From a virus (Duplodnaviria > Heunggongvirae > Uroviricota > Caudoviricetes): 64,000 bases of DNA. The position numbers and the translations under genes are program-made. Below are positions 50,066-59,679 of the stretch, piece after piece (the stretch's first letter is position 1; every line of letters begins with the position of its first letter). Location: the IMG/VR virus record IMGVR_UViG_647533160_000003, one strand, 5' to 3'. Below the pieces are notes generated by a model, which worked only from the letters and a program-made list of their open reading frames with translations, ran no database searches and had not been told where the DNA came from.

Positions 50066-50538
50066 AGATGATCGCTGCTGTTGGCCGTAACTATGAGATC
50101 GGCATAGCGAATGAACTCCCCTGGCGTTGTTCTACCGATCTGAAGCTATTTAAGAGACTCACCAAAAACGCCACTGTCGTTATGGGGCGTAAAACGATGG
50201 AAAGTCTCAAACGCCCTCTTCCAGAGCGTCATAACCTCGTTTTGACGCGCTCTCATGGCTTTGTACCAAATGGATTCTACCCTGCTGGTATGGATGATGT
50301 GTTGCGATTACCAGAGCCTGTGTGGGTGATTGGCGGGGAACAAATTTACTCGCTATTCATGCCGCATGTTGAAGAGATTTGGCTCTCCCACATCGGCGTT
50401 GATGTACCAAACGCCGATGCATTCTTCCCGGCAAGCATGATGCGTAACTTAGGCTTTGTGCCTGTTGAAACAGCTTATACCCAACGAGCCAGCGAGGAAG
50501 AGCCTGGCTTTTCGCAGATCGTATACAGAAGGTCGTAA
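50062..50538 (+). CDS. folA: dihydrofolate reductase
   Basis: MIAAVGRNYEIGIANELPW, VVMGRKTMESL, VWVIGGEQIY match DHFR. Confidence 0.8.
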   Translation: MKMIAAVGRNYEIGIANELPWRCSTDLKLFKRLTKNATVVMGRKTMESLKRPLPERHNLVLTRSHGFVPNGFYPAGMDDVLRLPEPVWVIGGEQIYSLFMPHVEEIWLSHIGVDVPNADAFFPASMMRNLGFVPVETAYTQRASEEEPGFSQIVYRRS

Positions 50539-51182
50539 TGGATTACCGGATTGGGATCACTGGTGCTCAGGGCAGTGGGAAAACAACCCTGGCTAAATAT
50601 ATCGACAAACATTACGGAATCCCTTACGTGGATGCTGGTGTCGGAAGTTTGATGAGCCGCCTCGGTGTTCGAGTAGGTGATTCTATGCCTCTATATGAGC
50701 GGCTTCAGATTCAAATGGAAATAGCAAAGCATATAGAGCTACTTACGCGTGGTGTTGAAGGCTTTGTTATCGATCGCACACCTGCTGATGTTATGGCCTA
50801 CACGTTGGATTTGGTCGGCCATACAAATGAAGATCGGTGTATTGAGTTAGCCCTCGATATCGAAAAGTTTTGCCACAAAACTGCTATTTCAAACTTTAAC
50901 GCCATTGCTGGCTTACGCCCGGGAGTCGCTCTCTCAGAGCGAGATTACTTGCGATCACAACGAGCATCATTAGACCGTCTGTATGTCGCTCGTATTGATG
51001 CGTTGATGTGCGGGGAACTGACAAAAATTCACCTGCATCCGCAAAGGGGAGATCTGCAAACCTTCGTCGTTTCCAACCGGTATCGCACGGTTGAAGCAAG
51101 AGCCAGATCAGTGATGAGAATGCTAGATAACGCTGTAGAAAAGATAGAAAACCGGTTCTGTGGCCGAGTGACCGTTCATTAG
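50538..51182 (+). CDS. P-loop NTPase, putative nucleotide kinase
   Basis: N-terminal Walker A GITGAQGSGKTT; 214 aa; sits in dNTP-metabolism module. Confidence 0.5.
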   Translation: MDYRIGITGAQGSGKTTLAKYIDKHYGIPYVDAGVGSLMSRLGVRVGDSMPLYERLQIQMEIAKHIELLTRGVEGFVIDRTPADVMAYTLDLVGHTNEDRCIELALDIEKFCHKTAISNFNAIAGLRPGVALSERDYLRSQRASLDRLYVARIDALMCGELTKIHLHPQRGDLQTFVVSNRYRTVEARARSVMRMLDNAVEKIENRFCGRVTVH

Positions 51183-51243
51183 AAATTGTTCGCCTCTTCG
51201 ACATTGCGACAATAAAACTCTCAAAATGGGTTAAGGATAAAAA

Positions 51244-51663
51244 ATGTTTAGTGAAATGTTGCTTGAAGATGAACTGGATCGGAAAACAACAGAGGCTTTG
51301 ATTCGTGTAGCGGACGAACATTCCCGGTCGCTTATGAGCGATCGAGAGGCTCGTCTGGCTATTCGTGCCATATTCGAAACTGCGCAGGGGCTTGTTGGCG
51401 CACAAGTAGGTGAAGCCATTAGCATCGCCATGTCTCAGTTCAGTGAAGGCAGTAAAAAGCCTCTGTTTCCTATGCATTTGATGCTGGCTGGTGGCACGGT
51501 GCTTTATATCTCTGTTTGTCTGGATAGCAACCAAATCAATATTCTCAACACTGCGTCAGGTAAGTGGAAAGATCCGATTTTCTGTGAAACCAGTGAAGAA
51601 ACTTTGAAAAAAGCGGCTCAATTTGTACGTAGCGCACTACTTAAGGGCGCTAAGAAGTTGTAA
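51244..51663 (+). CDS. hypothetical protein
   Basis: 139-aa ORF. Confidence 0.45.
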   Translation: MFSEMLLEDELDRKTTEALIRVADEHSRSLMSDREARLAIRAIFETAQGLVGAQVGEAISIAMSQFSEGSKKPLFPMHLMLAGGTVLYISVCLDSNQINILNTASGKWKDPIFCETSEETLKKAAQFVRSALLKGAKKL

Positions 51664-51672
51664 GGAGTTCTG

Positions 51673-52230
51673 ATGACAACGATTGTTGCAGGCATCGATA
51701 TCGAGTCTACGGGACTGGATTTCCTTGCTGGTCATAAAATTATTGAAATCGCAATTACCCGCTATGAACTGGAGACACAGAGACATATTGATAGTCTGGA
51801 GATGCGTTTTAACCCTCGCAGAAACATAGATCCGAAAGCTCAAGCCGTTCATGGCATTTCATTGGAACAGCTCGCAGCTGAACCTTTGTTGTCAAATCAT
51901 GCCAGCGAAATTGGCGCTTATATGGGGGCATGTAGTGCGTGGATTGCTCATAACGGCGAAGCGTTTGATATACCATTTATTCGACACGAGTTTTCAGGGT
52001 ATGGAGTAAGACTGCCAGAAGTTCCTGTTATAGATACTATGTTATCGGGATTGTGGGCCACAGAAGACGGTAAACGTCCCCGCCTTGAAGAGTTGGCCTT
52101 CTCTCTTGGCTTTATATACGATCATGCCAAAGCACATAGTGCCTTATATGACACAAACTTAATGATGCAATGCTTCTTTAAGGCACGTAATAAGTACGGA
52201 TTTTTTAAATTACCCTCTGAAATTGTGTAA
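51673..52230 (+). CDS. DnaQ-like 3'-5' exonuclease (DEDDh)
   Basis: Exo I GIDIESTG, Exo II AHNGEAFDIPF, Exo III HSALYD. Confidence 0.75.
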   Translation: MTTIVAGIDIESTGLDFLAGHKIIEIAITRYELETQRHIDSLEMRFNPRRNIDPKAQAVHGISLEQLAAEPLLSNHASEIGAYMGACSAWIAHNGEAFDIPFIRHEFSGYGVRLPEVPVIDTMLSGLWATEDGKRPRLEELAFSLGFIYDHAKAHSALYDTNLMMQCFFKARNKYGFFKLPSEIV

Positions 52231-52235
52231 AACAA

Positions 52236-52273
52236 AAGCCTACTTTAAAAAGTTTAAAGTAGGCTTTCTTTTA
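52236..52273 (+). terminator. rho-independent terminator
   Basis: AGCCTACTTT...AAAGTAGGCT hairpin followed by TTCTTTT. Confidence 0.55.
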
Positions 52274-52388
52274 AACAACAGTCGCCTTTCAATCATTTCC
52301 TGCCTGTATTTAATACTTTTCCGCCTGATAGGTTTAGTCAAAATGTAGCCATCGAAACGCAAATGTAACCAAACAGAAGGAGACTTAC

Positions 52389-53198
52389 ATGAGTTCGGTT
52401 GAAAATGTAATGACAAATGATGATCTGGACGAGCTGACAGCCATGTTGCAATCACTTGATGAACCAGTAAAAAAAGCTGCACAGGTTGAAAATACTGATG
52501 ATATTGACGATCTGCTGCTCGGCCTCGATGCTGGCGTAGCCATGAGTTCTGATGATGTTGCCGAAGAACTGTTCAATGAAGAAAAAGCAGGTGATTTCAG
52601 CTCTGCTTTAAATGAGTTGGAGTTAGCGCATGAGCCTATAAACGTAATTAACGCTGAAAGTGTTGAAGCTGCCGAAAACGAGCCAGAACAATTGGGATTT
52701 ATTGAGGTTGAAGAGTGTGTTGAGGTTAATGATGAATTAAAAGTTCAACAGTCAAATGATAGCAATACAAATAAAAAAGCTCGTGCTGCAAGAGGTCCTC
52801 GTTTTACTTTAAGTGATAAAGATGATTCGTTTTTCAATAAAGCAGGCTTAGAAAAAGATATTTTCTTAGACGCTTACGAAAACGCGCCTGTCAAAGCGAA
52901 GGATAAGATATTAAACCTTCTTAATTGGTTTAGCGGAGGTCCAGATATTAGTGTTTACACGGTAATTTCCATGAGACACCTTCTCACAGAAAAGAAGGCT
53001 ACAAGTAATAGTATTAAGATTGCTTTAATGAGCAATCCAGAAAAACCGTATCCGCTTAACACTGCGTCAACTCAGGCTGGGCAAATGATGGCTGTATTTC
53101 CAGCTACAGGAATTGCCGTTAGAGACGGTGGAAATCTAACATTGAACGAAGAATCACCGATCGTTAAGAAGTTTGTCGCGGAGTACACTATTGGATGA
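52389..53198 (+). CDS. acidic hypothetical protein
   Basis: 269 aa; D/E-rich N-terminal half. Confidence 0.45.
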   Translation: MSSVENVMTNDDLDELTAMLQSLDEPVKKAAQVENTDDIDDLLLGLDAGVAMSSDDVAEELFNEEKAGDFSSALNELELAHEPINVINAESVEAAENEPEQLGFIEVEECVEVNDELKVQQSNDSNTNKKARAARGPRFTLSDKDDSFFNKAGLEKDIFLDAYENAPVKAKDKILNLLNWFSGGPDISVYTVISMRHLLTEKKATSNSIKIALMSNPEKPYPLNTASTQAGQMMAVFPATGIAVRDGGNLTLNEESPIVKKFVAEYTIG

Positions 53199-53380
53199 CG
53201 TTCCCCTACTGAAAATAAAGCCCATAGAGAGCTTTATAGTGCTGGGTAAGCTAACCCATACCCAGCACCACAAAAACGCGCCAGAGAGCTTCTTGTTCGC
53301 ATTTCTGGCGCGTTTTATTTGATTGCCATACATGAAATCAAATGCAAAAATAGGTAATCACTTACCTATCGAGAAAGAAG

Positions 53381-53974
53381 ATGATTGCAGCCGAAAAAAT
53401 CAAACAGCGAAAGCGCGACAACTCTCTTCGTGACCTCTGGAGAACACCTGATTGGCTGTTTTCTGCCATTCAACGTTATCTTGGAGTGACATTTGATGTT
53501 GACGTTGCCTGCAACAAGGACAATGCAAAGCTGCCTAATTTCATAGGCGTTGAGCGCGATGCTTTGAAATCTGAATGGGGGCAGCCAGGTACAATTGCCT
53601 TCCTCAATCCACCCTACTCCAAAATCTCCCCCTGGATTGATGCGGCTATACGTGAGCAGGCTCGCGGAGTTACAACAGTGATGCTAATTCCTCAATCCCT
53701 CGATACAAAGTGGTATGAGCGTGCAACAGAGTATGCGAATGAGACGATTATTCTATCTGGTGGCCGCGTAGCGTTTGTCGAGCCTGACGTCAATTTGGGT
53801 CAGGTAGAAGTAAACATCAACCCCGGTGGCAGTATGCTCGTTGTTTTTCGAGGATTCTGTCAGGACGCCGGGCACTCTATAAGTAAGATCCCTTTGGACG
53901 TGATGAAAAGTCTGGGAGGGTATGATCCTGCGAATGTGATCAGGAAAAAAAGACCATCAAAGAAGGCTGCTTAG
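53381..53974 (+). CDS. DNA N6-adenine methyltransferase (phage Dam-like), orphan
   Basis: Catalytic NPPY motif (AFLNPPYSKISPW); 197 aa; no adjacent endonuclease ORF. Confidence 0.65.
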   Translation: MIAAEKIKQRKRDNSLRDLWRTPDWLFSAIQRYLGVTFDVDVACNKDNAKLPNFIGVERDALKSEWGQPGTIAFLNPPYSKISPWIDAAIREQARGVTTVMLIPQSLDTKWYERATEYANETIILSGGRVAFVEPDVNLGQVEVNINPGGSMLVVFRGFCQDAGHSISKIPLDVMKSLGGYDPANVIRKKRPSKKAA

Positions 53975-54135
53975 TTTGTTCTGGCGTCTGTAATTAGCCT
54001 GCTTCTGTATATATAAATAACTACATATTAATTATTAATATACGGAAGCAGGCTGTTTTGTATCAGAGACTCTAGACCTGAACATCACTACAGAATCCAC
54101 TAGACCCCCTTCCCAGACGCTTTAAAATCGATTTT

Positions 54136-54390
54136 ATGAACCACTTTAAGGAAACTAACATGTCATACCCGACTAATGTCGTTGCGCTCGTAGAGAGCGA
54201 TTTTCTGGCCCAGGCTCGTGAAATGATGAAAGATCGCGAGCAGGCTTTCAACTTGTACGAATGGGCAATTAAGTGCTTGCATCTTGGGGAGCATCGCGAA
54301 CTTGTTGAACAGCTTTTAGGTGAGTTGATCAACGAGGTGTTTGCCTTGAATGTTCAACTACATGGTCGAGAAAATAATCAATCGCAATGA
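54136..54390 (+). CDS. hypothetical protein
   Basis: 84-aa ORF. Confidence 0.4.
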   Translation: MNHFKETNMSYPTNVVALVESDFLAQAREMMKDREQAFNLYEWAIKCLHLGEHRELVEQLLGELINEVFALNVQLHGRENNQSQ

Positions 54391-54973
54391 TAGATAAGTA
54401 CAAACTATTCATAAGATGAATTGTAAGTGCTAAGATCTGATAGTTTCCAGTCGTAGACTGGAGACTCGACCTGATGGGTGGGGGTAAGCGTCACTGGCGT
54501 CAGGTTTAAAAAAGCTCACTACCAGCGTAGAACTGGTGCCGTTTAGGTGTCGGGGAAGGGGGAACCAAAGTGAGCAGAGACAAGGGTCACTTTATGATTG
54601 TCGAGTCTGGGGTGTTTCGAGAGGTTGAATCCAGTACTCCCCTTCATAAAGTGTGGGAAGATCTCGGTTCTGGGGTGCTGTCATCCATAACTTCCCAAGT
54701 CTAAGCTGGCAGTAGACTTAGACCATAGCTTTTCAGGTTATGAAACGACCAGGTTGGTGAGGAATTTTATACTCACCTCCCTGGGAGAGTATTACCTGAA
54801 AAGACAACCTCTCACTTCGTTCGAGGTGAACTTCACTCACTTCGTTCGTTCAGTTCAGGTTTATAAAAACCTGTTCTGGGAAGTAATTTGTTTATTTTAA
54901 TAATTATTAACACGCACGCGTGTGCGCACGCGCGAGGAAAAAAATCGGCGCGGCGCTTGATTCAGGAGTTTAT

Positions 54974-55567
54974 ATGACGACGAAGACACCAGCCCGATCG
55001 CAAGCAAAAACTCGCAAAAAAGACAAAAACAAAAATTCTCCCCGCACCAATCCCACAACGCCTGTCGTAGAGTTCAATCCCCAGCTTAAAACCGTGAAAA
55101 TCTTCAGTGATGGCTCTTGCCTTAAAAATCCGGGTGGCCCGGGCGGTTACGGTATAGTTCTCCAGTATCGTGGTGAGGAACGCGAGTTCTCAGATGGTTT
55201 TCATAGCACCACCAATAACCGCATGGAGATGATGGGGGCACTTATCGGGCTGGAGCGTTTGAAATATCCATGCAACGTTATTTTGCACTCTGATAGCCAG
55301 TATCTGAAAAACGGCATGACACAGTGGATGAAATGGTGGAAACGCAATGGATGGATGACTTCTGACAAAAAACCGGTAAAGAATGTTGATTTGTGGAAGC
55401 GTCTGGATGAGGCCGCAAGTCGACATAATGTTCGCTGGAAGTGGGTTAAAGGTCACGCCGGGCATCGTGAAAATGAAATATGTGATCGACTCGCGAAGAT
55501 CGCAGCTTTTTCCGCAGCAGATATGCCTCACAAGAAAGATATTGGTTTTATTTATAACAAGCAGTAA
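54974..55567 (+). CDS. rnhA: ribonuclease HI
   Basis: [56 protein letters not shown] match E. coli RnhA; start at ATG 54974 after AGGAG. Confidence 0.85.
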   Translation: MTTKTPARSQAKTRKKDKNKNSPRTNPTTPVVEFNPQLKTVKIFSDGSCLKNPGGPGGYGIVLQYRGEEREFSDGFHSTTNNRMEMMGALIGLERLKYPCNVILHSDSQYLKNGMTQWMKWWKRNGWMTSDKKPVKNVDLWKRLDEAASRHNVRWKWVKGHAGHRENEICDRLAKIAAFSAADMPHKKDIGFIYNKQ

Positions 55568-55712
55568 GTAAGTATTTACCTATTATATTAAATCATGTAT
55601 CTTATCGGCGTCAGGATGACAATGTGTCGGTAAGACACAGTTCCAGGATGGAACGAGAAAGGCGGCTGGCAATCGCCAGCCGCAACTCTTTCTGACACTG
55701 GATGGAGTCCAC

Positions 55713-56207
55713 ATGGCACGTCAAACCTATTTCACTTCTGCAACTAAACGTCCTCGTTCACTACTTCAAATTTTGGCCGAATTATTTAGCGGTCGTGTTC
55801 TGTCACGTCTTGATGAACTGGAGACTACCGTTCGGTTGCTGAATGAACGTTTAGATAAGCAAGCGTCAGTTGTTGCGAACGTGGGGGCGATTGTTACCTC
55901 TGGTTCTTCACACCAAGCGAAAAATGCACGGCCTTTAGTGAAGGAGAAAAACAACAAGGACAGTTCGAATGGAAAATTTTCAAAGAAAGAGGCTGAAACC
56001 AATGGCCTACGTTCTCATTATAGTTTCACTGGCGACGGTAGCCGTTCCAGCCGGCCAGAGCCTTTTGATGCCGGATTCATCCATCACCACACCTCCGTCG
56101 ACGACAATTACCACCACTCCAGTAGAGCGACCTGTCACTCTGGATGGGATGACGGTGGATGCGATACCTCAAGTTCATCCAGTTACTCAGGATCATGCTG
56201 TGACTAA
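55713..56207 (+). CDS. hypothetical protein (frame ambiguous at 3' end)
   Basis: 164-aa ORF; an overlapping alternative frame (about 56002-56220) encodes a TM helix and ends in an ATGA overlap with the next gene. Confidence 0.3.
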   Translation: MARQTYFTSATKRPRSLLQILAELFSGRVLSRLDELETTVRLLNERLDKQASVVANVGAIVTSGSSHQAKNARPLVKEKNNKDSSNGKFSKKEAETNGLRSHYSFTGDGSRSSRPEPFDAGFIHHHTSVDDNYHHSSRATCHSGWDDGGCDTSSSSSYSGSCCD

Positions 56208-56216
56208 GGCGGTTGT

Positions 56217-56405
56217 ATGAACTGGTTTTCAAATCATTTGGGAAAAATATGGTTGGCAACTCTGGCTCTCATGGCCGCCGGTTGGGTATCGAACATTATA
56301 AAACTTGTTTGCTCTGGCGATCTCCAGTTTCAGGCTGGTATGACCTTGGCTCGTGTAGTTGGGATTTTTATTTTTCCAGTCGGTTCGGTACTTGGTTATT
56401 TCTGA
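56217..56405 (+). CDS. small membrane protein
   Basis: 62 aa, two hydrophobic helices. Confidence 0.4.
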   Translation: MNWFSNHLGKIWLATLALMAAGWVSNIIKLVCSGDLQFQAGMTLARVVGIFIFPVGSVLGYF

Positions 56406-56498
56406 CGGTTGTTAGTGCATATGCATTGACCGTCTTTGCGTAAGCAATTTATGTAACCAGAAAACAATTTGTTTTGACAAATAGCAAAAGGAAAACAC

Positions 56499-56924
56499 AT
56501 GTTAGGTTTCTTCAAAAAGAAAACTCGTAAAGCTGTTATCGAAGTCAAAAAAATGGAGAACCGTGATGCGGTTGAAGCCACCGTGTGGGGCGGGTACATG
56601 ATCTCCTATGCCAACGGTACATGCGATGCAAAAGAAATTTCCATTCTTGAGAAAACAATTGCAGCTCTGCCTGCATTTTCTCCTTTTGCTGGTGAGATTG
56701 CCCAGATGAGCGCCAATATCCGCGCTCAATATGAAGCCTCACCGCGCCGTGCTAATGCCCAGGCTTTACGTGAGCTGGCGGATGTGGCCGGGACTGATGA
56801 TGCAGTAGATGTACTGTGTCTGTGCCTTGATATTGCCGACCAAGACGGCATTGATGAACCAGAAGAGCAGGCGCTGAAAAAGATCGCCCAGGCGCTTCAG
56901 TTGTCACTGGATGCTTATCTCTAA
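56499..56924 (+). CDS. hypothetical protein, possibly TerB-like
   Basis: 141 aa; conserved start context and AAAACAATTTGTTT box upstream; TerB guess is weak. Confidence 0.45.
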   Translation: MLGFFKKKTRKAVIEVKKMENRDAVEATVWGGYMISYANGTCDAKEISILEKTIAALPAFSPFAGEIAQMSANIRAQYEASPRRANAQALRELADVAGTDDAVDVLCLCLDIADQDGIDEPEEQALKKIAQALQLSLDAYL

Positions 56925-57082
56925 TGCTTGAGAGATTCCGGCTTGTGACCGTCATTGCTCTTCTGGTGATGGCGGTGTTGGTGGATTTTACGGGAAAGAT
57001 GATGTCCATCATTTCTGATGGCGTCCTCATTGGTCTGGCGATCTACTTCGCTTATCCGCTAGTCCGTAAAGCAACGTGTTAA
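56924..57082 (+). CDS. small membrane protein
   Basis: 52-aa hydrophobic ORF coupled by TAATG overlap; followed by terminator. Confidence 0.3.
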   Translation: MLERFRLVTVIALLVMAVLVDFTGKMMSIISDGVLIGLAIYFAYPLVRKATC

Positions 57083-57084
57083 TG

Positions 57085-57112
57085 ACAAGGGCCATTTGGC
57101 CCTTGTGTTTCG
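57085..57112 (+). terminator. rho-independent terminator
   Basis: ACAAGGGCC-ATTT-GGCCCTTGT hairpin plus T-rich tail. Confidence 0.65.
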
Positions 57113-57221
57113 TTGACCGAAATAGAGAGTTTGCACCTTTACGTTTAGCTTTCTCCCCTTTTATGCCACATCACAATAAAGCCAATAAGAAAACAACTTG
57201 TTTAAGCATTAGGAAAAACAC

Positions 57222-57785
57222 ATGTGCAAGAAATGCAAAGCGATAGCTGATGAACAAAACGCCTTATTCGAAGAAATGGATGCTAATGAATTGGTCAAAA
57301 TGTTAGCCATTCTTCGGGGAATAGAAGACGTTTCCATATTTGAGAGAGTGGTTACAGCACTTAATTTTGAGTCCACCTTTGAAGAGCCAACTCAGGTTGT
57401 AGCTTTAGCACATCATTTCGGTGTTCATTACCTTGCTGAAAAAGAGAGAGCTGATAAGTTGCAAGCGACTTTGGATATGGTGAGCGAGACTCAACGAACT
57501 CATGACGGTAACAATAGTGAGACGATTATTGCCAGCAAAGATCGTGAAATTGCCGGACTTAAGTCTTCTCTAACGATGTTGATGTCTGCAATCAATCTTA
57601 TGTCTTCTAAAGCGGGATATAAAATGCCATCACTAAACAGTGACGATCCAATGGCCGTTCGCCAGCTTTTAGGTGCAATGGCCGACCAGCTCGACGACAC
57701 AAAGAGTCGCCTTGAAGACATGATGCGGGAGCTCACGCATCGCCATGACTTGAATAAGCAGCCGCACAAAACGCAATACGCATAA
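57222..57785 (+). CDS. hypothetical coiled-coil protein
   Basis: 187-aa ORF with AAAACAACTTGTTT box upstream. Confidence 0.5.
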   Translation: MCKKCKAIADEQNALFEEMDANELVKMLAILRGIEDVSIFERVVTALNFESTFEEPTQVVALAHHFGVHYLAEKERADKLQATLDMVSETQRTHDGNNSETIIASKDREIAGLKSSLTMLMSAINLMSSKAGYKMPSLNSDDPMAVRQLLGAMADQLDDTKSRLEDMMRELTHRHDLNKQPHKTQYA

Positions 57786-57808
57786 TTCTAATACCGCACA
57801 AGTCGACA

Positions 57809-57831
57809 GGGGGCGAAAGCCCCCATTTTTA
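57809..57831 (+). terminator. rho-independent terminator
   Basis: GGGGGC-GAAA-GCCCCC hairpin plus ATTTTT. Confidence 0.7.
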
Positions 57832-57932
57832 CACCTTAAATCTGCTGTAACGCCTATGAATGCAGCTTTTATGCCTTTTCAAGTTTGTAATAATTACACC
57901 AATAAGAAAACAATTTGTTTAATGGTGTGATT

Positions 57933-59618
57933 ATGAATACAGCCCTTTCCATCATCCACGATGCCAGCTCAAACACGGCTATCGACTATCGTCAGGAAAT
58001 GAATGTCATCAACGAAATCGTGGCTGAGTGCGAGAAAGAGATCGCCTTCATGTATCAGGTACACGACTTCGTTTATGGCGACGAACGCCACAACATGATT
58101 AATCGCCTGCTGAGACTAAACCATCGACCAGATGAAGATCGCTCCCGTTTGAATCGAATCTGGCTGGATAAAGTCGATCTGGAATGGGTGAAACAGAATA
58201 TTTGGGCCGAGTACTGGAGGAAGGTCACGGACATGACTAACGTTTTGCTGATCATGCCAGCTTCCCGTCGAGATGAGTGGCGCGAGCAGTTTATAGAGGG
58301 CAAACAGGAAGTCATCAAAACTGACAGAACCGGCTACCAGATGAGGGTTAAAGAGTTCGTTGGTGTACCGGAGTTCAAAGCAGAAACGGTCATACCCACG
58401 ATGCTTAATTTGCTGAATGACAGGCACAAATATCTCTCTGAGCGCGTGTATGGCTTGTTTAAGGCGCTGAGTCCTGCGCACAAGACAAATAAGACAAACG
58501 GTTTCAGCGAGCGGCTGATAATCGCTGACTGCATTTCTGATTTCTGGCGGGACAGCGTTAGCGTGAACTATCGCAAAGAGGACTACATCGACGATCTGCG
58601 TGTCTTGCTTCATTTCTTCGCGCACAAAGAATTTATTACCATCAACCGCACTGCTGAGGTGCTATCAGCTGCGTATCGGGCAAACGACTGCCAGACTGGT
58701 GACTGGATGAACGTCGATGGAAATCTGATGCGCGTGAAGATGTTCAAGAACGGCAACGTTCACTTTGAAATACATCCTGACGTGGCCTGGAAGTTGAATG
58801 AGGTGCTGGCTTACAGTATGCCTGCTGCAATCCCCGCGCCATGCCGAACTGCGCCAAAAACACGGGCACCAAAGCAGTTCGGTTTAATCCAGAAGACGAT
58901 CTCCGTGCCGGTTCGCACTGCGCTTCGTGACGGGCGATTGAGCAAAGACAAAGGCGTATGGTACTTCTCTGATTCAGCTCTCCAGAAGTCGCAGGTGGAA
59001 GAGCTTGAGCGCACACTGAGCTTCATTGGCGGCGTGCAGGAGAAAAAGCACTGGCAGTTCCCGTATGACATCGGCCATACGCTAAATACGATTGTGGCTA
59101 CCGGTTTAATACCGGATACAAAATCACACCAGTTCTACCCTACCCCACGCTTGATTGCTGAGTACGTTGCCAGAGCCACTGAATTGAAGCCTGGTGAGAA
59201 GCTGCTGGAGCCTCAAGCCGGACGTGGGGATCTTCTGGCCTATATTAACGCCGATCTGGAAGATGTTACCTGCATAGAAATCGCACCTCTCTTCGCTGAT
59301 ATCCTGCGTGGAAAAGGGTATACGAACACGATTTGCTGTGACTTCATAAAGTGGTCTGAGGACAACGCAGGTTATCAGTTCGACAAAATCGTTATGAACC
59401 CGCCGTACTCGCTTGGTCGTCATAGAGAGCACACGCTGGCTGCGCTGGGGCATCTGAAAGTCGGCGGGCGTCTTGTAGCAGTATTGCCGGGCACTGCGCC
59501 AATACTGGACTGGATGACGATGGATAATTACGTTTATGCCAGAGGGAAGTCGTTTACCAACGAGTTTGAAGACACAGGGATCACAGTCAGCGTATACGTT
59601 TTCAAACGCGTTAAATGA
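57933..59618 (+). CDS. two-domain protein: unknown N-terminal domain fused to C-terminal DNA methyltransferase domain
   Basis: C-terminal SAM motif LEPQAGRGDL and catalytic NPPYS; about 400-aa N-terminal region without recognisable motif; start at ATG 57933. Confidence 0.6.
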   Translation: MNTALSIIHDASSNTAIDYRQEMNVINEIVAECEKEIAFMYQVHDFVYGDERHNMINRLLRLNHRPDEDRSRLNRIWLDKVDLEWVKQNIWAEYWRKVTDMTNVLLIMPASRRDEWREQFIEGKQEVIKTDRTGYQMRVKEFVGVPEFKAETVIPTMLNLLNDRHKYLSERVYGLFKALSPAHKTNKTNGFSERLIIADCISDFWRDSVSVNYRKEDYIDDLRVLLHFFAHKEFITINRTAEVLSAAYRANDCQTGDWMNVDGNLMRVKMFKNGNVHFEIHPDVAWKLNEVLAYSMPAAIPAPCRTAPKTRAPKQFGLIQKTISVPVRTALRDGRLSKDKGVWYFSDSALQKSQVEELERTLSFIGGVQEKKHWQFPYDIGHTLNTIVATGLIPDTKSHQFYPTPRLIAEYVARATELKPGEKLLEPQAGRGDLLAYINADLEDVTCIEIAPLFADILRGKGYTNTICCDFIKWSEDNAGYQFDKIVMNPPYSLGRHREHTLAALGHLKVGGRLVAVLPGTAPILDWMTMDNYVYARGKSFTNEFEDTGITVSVYVFKRVK

Positions 59619-59679
59619 TAGGTAAGCACTTACTTGATTTGTGTAAGAATGTAGTAACTAAACGATAAGAGAAAAACAC

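Noticed and set aside
50896-51534. 212-aa minus-strand ORF antisense to the P-loop kinase and downstream gene
   Set aside because: Overlaps two + strand genes in a uniformly + strand operon; no start context or motif.
54391-54973. tmRNA or group I intron in the ORF-free region before rnhA
   Set aside because: No tRNA-like 3' end with CCA and no obvious intron core; kept only as an unassigned ncRNA candidate.
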